This document shows positions 1-64,000 of a stretch of DNA of 64,000 nt, one piece after another. The translations under genes and the position numbers were made by a program. Under the pieces are notes generated by a model, which did no database searches, was not told the origin of the DNA, and worked only from the letters and a program-made list of their open reading frames with translations. The stretch covers positions 16,494,001 to 16,558,000 of the forward strand of contig CM075990.1 of assembly GCA_038087875.1 (NCBI GenBank), given 5' to 3'. The stretch is from Malacoraja senta. Lineage: Eukaryota. Within the stretch, counting starts at the first letter, position 1. The number at the start of each line of letters is the position of its first letter.

Positions 1-753
1 TTGTCCTTCTAATGAAATCAAAACAATAACAATTACGGATATTTTGGAAATGATCACTTAAAATATGATGCATTTTGATGGTACTTAATCTGATGCTTAT
101 TAGTTGATGATTGTTGTGTGGTATTTATATTAGTCAGTTGATGTGAGATCTGGAATATTGTTCATAGGTTTGCGCGTGTAAGGAGGCACAATATGCAGCC
201 ATACCGGGTAAAACAGAATAATTTCACTGCCAAGGTATTCTCGTGCTATCACAAGCCCCATTGGATTCTCCTGTTCTATTTTTGCTAATAAATACAAAGA
301 CATTAACTGATGACAGACTCATAAAGCTGTAGACATTAACTGATGCTGGTTTAAGCCTTTAAATATAGAATAAATGTTTTGCTAAGAGTTCTGTTTGCAG
401 TAGCCATATCTTTCATTTACAACAGACATTTTTATTCTGCTCCTTCAAACTACCATCCCATTCTCTCTTTCCATTCTGAGCTTTTTGAACTGAAATTCTG
501 TTGGATTTGATCATCTCCAGAATATCAGCGCCTGAGAAAGTATTTCATTTTAACAGGCACCTGATTACACTTCACGGAAGTGACTGCGTTTCAGAAAAAA
601 AGTGTTAATCTAGTAATCTGTTGATCTAATGATATCTAGCCAACCTAACGTGGCAGACTTTTTGCACTAACCAAGTTTTCACTGCAATTAAAGTTGAACT
701 TCTGTAGTGTACTTTGCAGGGTGACTGCTGCACCACACCAGCAAACCTGCAAC

Positions 754-812
754 ACCTGAATGAAGAAATGGGTCTCAGTTTTAATGTCTTATCCGTAGAA
801 CAGGAATTGTGC
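754..812 (-). mobile_element. Possible ancient DeuSINE-like remnant
   Basis: cacctgaatgaagaaatgggtctcagttttaatgtcttatccg resembles the reverse complement of the Deu-domain consensus as I recall it. Similar weak remnants lie near 4500-4580 and 6630-6755. Confidence 0.3.
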
Positions 813-2607
813 GAGGCAGTTTGACTGCTTTCTCAAAATATTTCTAAGTGGAGTAACTTTGGAGCATTGTGGATGTCGCCATATAAAAAGGAGCCATTTT
901 AGATAAGAAAACCATCTTCCAGCAATAAAATTCAACTAATTTGTGCAGCAGTTAGAAAACCTAATATTTTATAAATGAGGTGATTGACAATTGTTGATCA
1001 GTTGAACATAAGAACATTCAGCTGTTGAGACAGTTATGGGTGCTTACGCATCATTTCTTGCTAATTCAAATTAAGGTATTAGCTGATGCGTTAAATTAGG
1101 TATGGTATTTCAGACAATGCACGTTTCATAATAATGCAGAATATAACGACATCTGAAGTTGTATCAGCCGCCGCAGCTGAAATTCAGCACTGCTGAGGGG
1201 GAGGTCAGAGCTTTACATCTATGATTTGTGCACAAGGGACATAACCTATTGCCAAACACACTATAAGAAATTAAAAACATTACTTTGACCAAACATTGGC
1301 CTTTTTGACTGGTAGAGTTACAGCTGAAATGAATTAATGGCTGCAGAGCAGCCAAACCGAGACTGCCGAGTTCCAATGTTCTGAAAAATTGTGATGATTT
1401 ACTAAACTCAGCTTTGCATTAATGGAATGCAAATTCTTCAGACTCAGCACTTTCCCGAACTTGATGAATTACTGACAAATAATTTATAAAATTGTGAACA
1501 AATCCGAGATACTAGAAGCATTCATCTATTTGCAAATGAAACTTCGTCATTCATAAACCTATCTTAATACAGATGAAAATACTCGTTATATGATTGAACA
1601 ATTTGTCAACAAAAAAAAGTGGTGGGGCTGCCAATACAGTTTTCCAATTAAACTGCCACTAAACTCTACTACATTCATTTATTGTGCATCTGGACCGTAG
1701 GCATTTTCACCAATAAGGAGTGTGATATTTCTCCTCGTTATTTGAACAAACTGCCAAGTCTCCAGAAATTACAACCTGAAATTAAAAAAAATATTTGGTA
1801 GGTCCCATGCACGTTGGAACTTTATTTATTTTTTACTAGATATTCAGTTTGGGACATTCAGCAATTTGTAATGGCAAAGATTTCTACTTCAGAGAAATAA
1901 ATGTTTTAGATATAATCTGAACAAAGGTAAAATTCCTTATGTATTAAACAAATGTACCCACTATTAACATCTAAGCTACCACACATGGTTAATTTAGCAG
2001 ATTTTTTCTTTAAAACAGTATTTGCGGGGTGGAATTAGGCAGTTTACCAGCTCTGATGTATTGCTTCTGTTGCTGCTATCAATCACCAGTCTTTAGGCTC
2101 CATTTAAAATGGAATTCGTGCCTGTGCAATATATCCTTAATGTGGATTTTTGAATGTGTTAATTTTAATTTCCGACTCAGGAGTCATAGATTTATAAAGC
2201 ACGGAAACAGGGTATTTGGCCCAACAAGTCCATGCCGAGCAAAGTGCCATCTAGTCATCACAGCTTGGTTTCCTGCCACTGAGACAATTTTGGTTCAAAT
2301 TTGTCACCAATCCCTCAGTCTTTTACTCTTTTGACCAGCCTTCCACAGGTGACCTTGTTAAAAGCCTTACTAAAAGCTTCATAATCTGCTTCAAACATAC
2401 TGTCCTCCTCAAAGTATTCAATGAAATTAGTTAGACACGAGTTTCCCTTAACAAATCCATGCTGACTGTACCCAATTAATCACTCCTGTGCTAAATGAAG
2501 GTTTATTTTGGAATTCATTCAAGGGCCAGTAATTTGCCCATCAATGCAGTTCTACTAACTGGCCTGCATTTCAAAACGAGAGTAAGACACAAACAAGTAA
2601 TGCAATG

Positions 2608-2723
2608 TTACATAGAAAATAGGTGCAGGAGGAGGCCATTCGGCCCTTCGAGCCAGCACCGCCATTCATTGTGCTCATGGCTGATCGTCCCCAATCAATA
2701 ACCCGTGCCTGCCTTCTCCCCAT
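2608..2723 (-). mobile_element. CR1 LINE 3' tail fragment
   Basis: catagaaaataggtgcaggaggaggccattcggcccttcgagcc matches the 3' ends of the CR1 copies at 32049, 44379 and 53735. Confidence 0.85.
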
Positions 2724-3451
2724 ATGTTGACAGAGGATTGAAAAAATGTACTCCGTGCCTCTGCAGTTTCTGCCTTTGATTCTTTTAACAATTTGGAAGA
2801 CATTTGGACTTGGTAATTAATTTAGTTTCAAAAATGATATACCCCTTAATAACTCCTAAAAACCTACCTTTATCCCATGCAATGTTTCACAATGTCAATT
2901 ATAACATGGGCATTCTCCCATTTTAACAAAACATAATCTCACAATATTCATCACAAACCATACCCACGTCCACTGTCTCCCCAAAGGTTACCTTTGTAGT
3001 TCTTAATAAGCTCTAGTCCTTCTGGAGTTATCTTCCTATTCTTTATGTGCTCACAAAATATATTTTATCTCATGTGACTGGACATCTTCTGTGCAGTTTC
3101 CGAAGTTGCCACTCAGCAATTACAATGAATTCTTTAAAGCATTAAATTGCCGACTGAAATTGCATGGAAGCCATGGATACAAGAACAGCTTGTTACAGTA
3201 ACAGCAGGAAGGACTGAGAACAATTAAAATTTCAAAAGAACATTGGAGGTTTTTTTTAAGTAACAGTATGACAGCCAGGGCAAATAATTTATTTTTCAGG
3301 AAGAGGTCAAAATCCAATTTTCATGCCTGGAACCATTCGATCTATTGTGTCCAGGCAAAAATATTGCAACAATAAAAAATTGATCTGCAGAACATAGAAC
3401 TAAGCCAGGTAACATATCCTGGTATCAATACCACCAGGATAGCATTCAGGT

Positions 3452-4052
3452 TATAGATCATTGAACATACAACAGTACAACACGAAACAGGCACTTTGGC
3501 CTACAATGTCTGTGTTGCACATGATGCCAACATTATCTAACTGCACATAATCCATATCCCTCCATTCCCTGCATAAACATGTGCCTATCCAAGAGTCCCT
3601 TAAATCCCACTATCGCATCTGCCTCAAACAATACCCTCGGCAGCGCGTTCCAGCACTCACCAGTCCCTTTGCATACACATCTCCTTTAAACTTTGCTCCT
3701 CTCCTTCAAATTATGCCCTCAAGTATTTGATTTTTCCATCCTGGGAAAAAGGTTCTGACTGTCTACCCTATCTATGCCTCTCGTAACTTATATACTTCGA
3801 TCAGATCTTCCTGCATCCTCTGGTGTTCCAGAGAAAACAATCCAAGTCTGTCCAACTGCTCCCTGTAGCTAATACCTCATAATCCAGGCATCGTCCTGGT
3901 AAACCTTCTGTACGTCCTCTTCAAAGTCTCCACATCCTTCCCAATGGGGCAACCAGGACTGTAAGCAATACTCCAAATGCAGCATAACCAAAGTCCTATA
4001 AAGCAATTCTAATGACTTCCTGACTCTTATACTCAATACCCGACCATTCATT
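3452..4052 (-). mobile_element. Degraded CR1 LINE 3' portion
   Basis: Minus-strand frames give LYRTLVMLHLEYCLQSWLPH (CR1 ORF2 C-terminal motif), followed by a CR1-like 3' UTR. Confidence 0.85.
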
Positions 4053-5542
4053 GAGGATAATTTGTCTTGTTGAAAATTAACCTGCATTTTAAATGTGAAA
4101 GGCAATAGTTCATAACAAATAAAACTGGAATGCAAACACAAAACTGGATTGAAAACAAAGCATGAAAATTTGGTGCAGTACAACTTCCTTCCATTAGATT
4201 CACATTACGAGTAATTAGTGATCTCACTCATGTTTAGGAAATTTCCAAAACCAGAACGCTGCAGTAAATTTTGCAGCAACACATCACTTGCTACGTTGAT
4301 GGAAGTCTGGTATTCCTTCAACTAACAATTTAGACACTGGTGTTGTTTGTAAAAATCTGAGCTGTCAGCAAACCAGTCAGTGAGGTCATTAGGAAATCTG
4401 TACAATTTGCCATCATTAAAAATCTTCAATGTGATTGAATATCTTATCTATTATGAATGGCTTACAGTTAAAAAATGATGCCAATTTATTTTTCATCCAA
4501 CTTAATTGCAAAATTTGTAGTTCTTAAACCTACTGCAGTTTGAAGTATTTCACTGGCTGTAAAATACGCTGAAGGATTTACCCTATACCCTTTCTTTTGC
4601 TAGGTCAGTATCAATTCAGTAGGCATCATGTCCAGGTGCACATTTATTTCCCCAATTGTTTCAGGAATTCCTGAAGATTCCAGGCCAGATTAAATTAGAT
4701 GTTAGATTCCCATTCTCAATTCCTCTTCATATCCTCAGGTGCCAAAAGGAGGTCAAGTTTGGATCCACAGAGCGGAAACAATCTCTATCTTTAAATTATT
4801 AGAATTTTGGGGGGGAAATCCTTTCACTGCTGCATTTGGAGAAATATAACAGCATGCTAATTGTGGGCGGAAGGGCCTGTTCTTGTGCTGTACTGTGTTC
4901 TATGTTCTATGATTTTTTTCTCGGTGTCTTATAACATTTCACGAGAAAACAGCAACATGTGCAACAGCAGAGCAAGGTTCAACTAAACTGTGAATATTTT
5001 CTGTGTCTGAAACTGTGATTATATTTCCACGTAATTGTGACTAAAGTTGTACAAGTTAACATTACAGTAAAGCTCATTTGACATCTCCCCGACACTGTAA
5101 TGACCATTATAATATATTTATGAGAATGTAGTTTCAAATTTCCATTTTTATGGGAAAGAAAATTGAATTGAACAGTACACTGGATATATTTTCTTCAATC
5201 ATTTCTGAATCAAGTGATGCAGGAAGGTTAACTTGGACTGTACACTGTAGAAAGTCAAAAATAAGGCAACAACATTATTTTCATCATCTAAAAAATGTAA
5301 CTTCTCTTTTCAGTGATGAGCAGACCATCTTATTAAATCGAGGTTATATTTTATTTTCTCTCGGCATGGAAGCAGATTTCATTGGGAAACAGGAACAAGA
5401 CAGCAATCATTAAATTCAATTGGCTAAGTCACTATAATGATATAATGCTACCATGTTAATGTCCCTAACATCCTAAGACATGGTGAAACGTTGATTGGAA
5501 GAGTACTTCTGGAGAAAACGTTGTTGCGGAAAAGTGCATTAA

Positions 5543-5874
5543 TAGCCCTGTCCCACGGTGCGAGTTCATTCCAAGAGCTCTCCCGAGTTTGCCCTGATTC
5601 GAACTCGGAGATGTACGGTTATGGCCACTCGTCGGTACTCGGGGCTCTCGTGGACATTTTTCAACGTGTTGAAAAATCTTCACGAATCTTCCCATGCTTA
5701 CTTGCCGTTAGCGAGTCTTCCCGAGTACCTGCCGTTAGCGTTACGAGCCGCTAAGAGACGTCCCCGAGCTCCGACGTACCCGCTACGTTCATTCTCCGTG
5801 CTTACCACGAGTTTGATTTTTTTTTAAAACTCGGGAGAGCTCTTGGAATGAACTCGCACCTTGGGACAGGGCTA
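5543..5874. mobile_element. MITE, PIF/Harbinger-like
   Basis: About 50-bp terminal inverted repeats (TIRs) tagccctgtcccacggtgcgagttcattccaagagctctcccgagttt / reverse complement; flanked by TAA...TTA; non-coding. Confidence 0.85.
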
Positions 5875-5990
5875 TTACTCTACAAGAAACAAAGTATGAA
5901 AAGTCAGAATTTGCCATTTTATTCTTTGCCTGCATATGGCCAAGGATAATGCTTCAATATTAAGGAAAGCAAAACACTCAAAACTTTGCT

Positions 5991-6314
5991 GGGCAGCTGG
6001 AAGAACTGCTACCTCACAGCGCCAGAGTCCCAGGTTCAATCTGGACCTCAGGTGCTGCCTATGTAGAGTTTTCACAGTGTGGACTTCTCCCTGTGACTAT
6101 GTGGGTTTCCACTGGGTGCTCCAGTTTTCTCCCACATCACAAAGGTTGGTAGGTCAATTGGCTTCTGTAAATTATCTCCAATGTGTCAGGAGTGGATGCA
6201 AAAGTAGGATAAAATAGAATTAGAGTGAAAGGGTGATTGATAATGAGTGTGGTCTCGGTGGGCCAAAGGGCCTGTTTCCATGCTGTATATTTTTTAAATC
6301 AATCAATCAATCAA
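5991..6314 (+). mobile_element. tRNA-derived V-SINE (HE1-like)
   Basis: B-box-like ggttcaatc, V-domain-like gtgggtttccactgggtgctccagttttctcccaca, CR1-type tail gggcctgtttccatgctgta, terminal (ATCA)n. Confidence 0.8.
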
Positions 6315-7466
6315 CTCACTGGTTTTCACAAATGTTGATGCATTACTATTATATCCCCTTTTGAATTGCTAAACACAACAGCACAGTTAAAAGCCACAGC
6401 ACGACAGGATACAAATAATGGGCTTGATTGCTGTGGCTTCAGTAGTTACATTGAGATGGATTGGAAGGCTTTGAACCAGAAGCTGTGCAAGTGGAGATGA
6501 ATAGCTAAGCCACTGCCACGACTTTAGAAAGAATGATAACATTTCACTAGCGGCCAGTGATCAGAAATGTTGCCACTGTGGAGGATAGTTTTAGCATCAC
6601 CCTGGTTCAGAGATATCATTCAAAGTAAGTCTACCTCAGAGACTTGATGTTGATACTTCCAGGAACACTGAACAATATTCTACTGTCAAGGTGTTGTTGG
6701 TAAAATGGTAAAATAAGGCCTTGGGTGGACAATTATCCTCTTGCGTGGACTATTTAATGAACTGCAAAATGGAAACCTTTCAATATATTGTTGAGTTATG
6801 TTTACAGTAAGTAGTTTAGTTTGCATGTTGCAGATTTCATAATTAATGAACCATTTTTATCGATAAAAATTGAACACTTTTATAAATTTAAAACAAAAAA
6901 GAATTCTTCCGTGTTATGTTTTTGGTGTTATCAAAGGGCAGACTTCGAATTATGTTTTTTTAATTAGAAACATGGAAAGCCATTCAATTATTTCTAACAA
7001 AAATTGTTAAGTGTCTCAAGTTTTGACAAGAACTATTTAAATGACAAAAGGGGGAGCTCACTATTTGTAATGGGAATGTACATTTACAACGGAAATATAC
7101 ATTGAAAAGTTTTAAACCCTCAGATCTGATAAGGTTGATTATATACAAGCATATACACAGAAATATGTAGCCCTATAATCAATATTTTCACAATTTTTAA
7201 GCAAAGGTTTGGGGCTTTGTTATTGATTTAAATTGTTTTGATGTTTCTCTTAAAGCTTTAAACTAATTTTAACAATTCAAACCCATAACCTGAGGCAGTA
7301 ATTAAACATAATTGTTGATACTACAAACATTCATTTTGGTTCATTCATTATAAAAATTATAATTTTAAATTCTCATATCAGTATGCAGTGTTCAAAAGTA
7401 CAAAGGTGATGCAAGACAAAAGTTATTAATTGAGGAAAATCAGAACGTATAAAATAATCAGATTTA

Positions 7467-63845
<56,379 letters not shown>

Positions 63846-64000
63846 CTTAAAAAAAGAAAGTTTATCATTGTTGCAGTGTTGCAATACTGTGTGTACAGCA
63901 TTTAAATAAAACAAATGAACAATACAGATATACAAAACAAATACCTAAGGGATTTTTTAAATTTAATATTTTATATACAGGCATATCACATTTCATAATA

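Overview
Eukaryotic, AT-rich vertebrate genomic DNA. The repeat content (HE1/V-SINE-like SINEs, CR1, Rex1, Penelope-like elements) suggests a cartilaginous fish, probably a skate or ray; this is inference. The whole window appears to lie inside one minus-strand gene, poly(ADP-ribose) glycohydrolase (PARG). Eight consecutive GT-AG coding exons (804 nt, 268 codons, all phases compatible) include the GGG-x6-QEE catalytic motif, and the gene continues beyond both window edges. The introns are full of transposons: (1) a complete IR/DR Tc1 element whose DD34E transposase ORF is restored by removing one nested insertion, which itself carries a nested LINE; (2) a full-length Rex1-type LINE; (3) several CR1 copies; (4) Harbinger-like MITEs; (5) a Helitron-like element; (6) more than 15 short Penelope-derived units with hammerhead-ribozyme-like cores, several fold-back and flanked by 11-14 bp target-site duplications (TSDs). 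The oddest observation is a 20-nt exact copy of PARG exon sequence inserted inside one of these Penelope units, 2.7 kb from the exon. No prokaryotic-type system, CRISPR array or tRNA/rRNA gene is supported.
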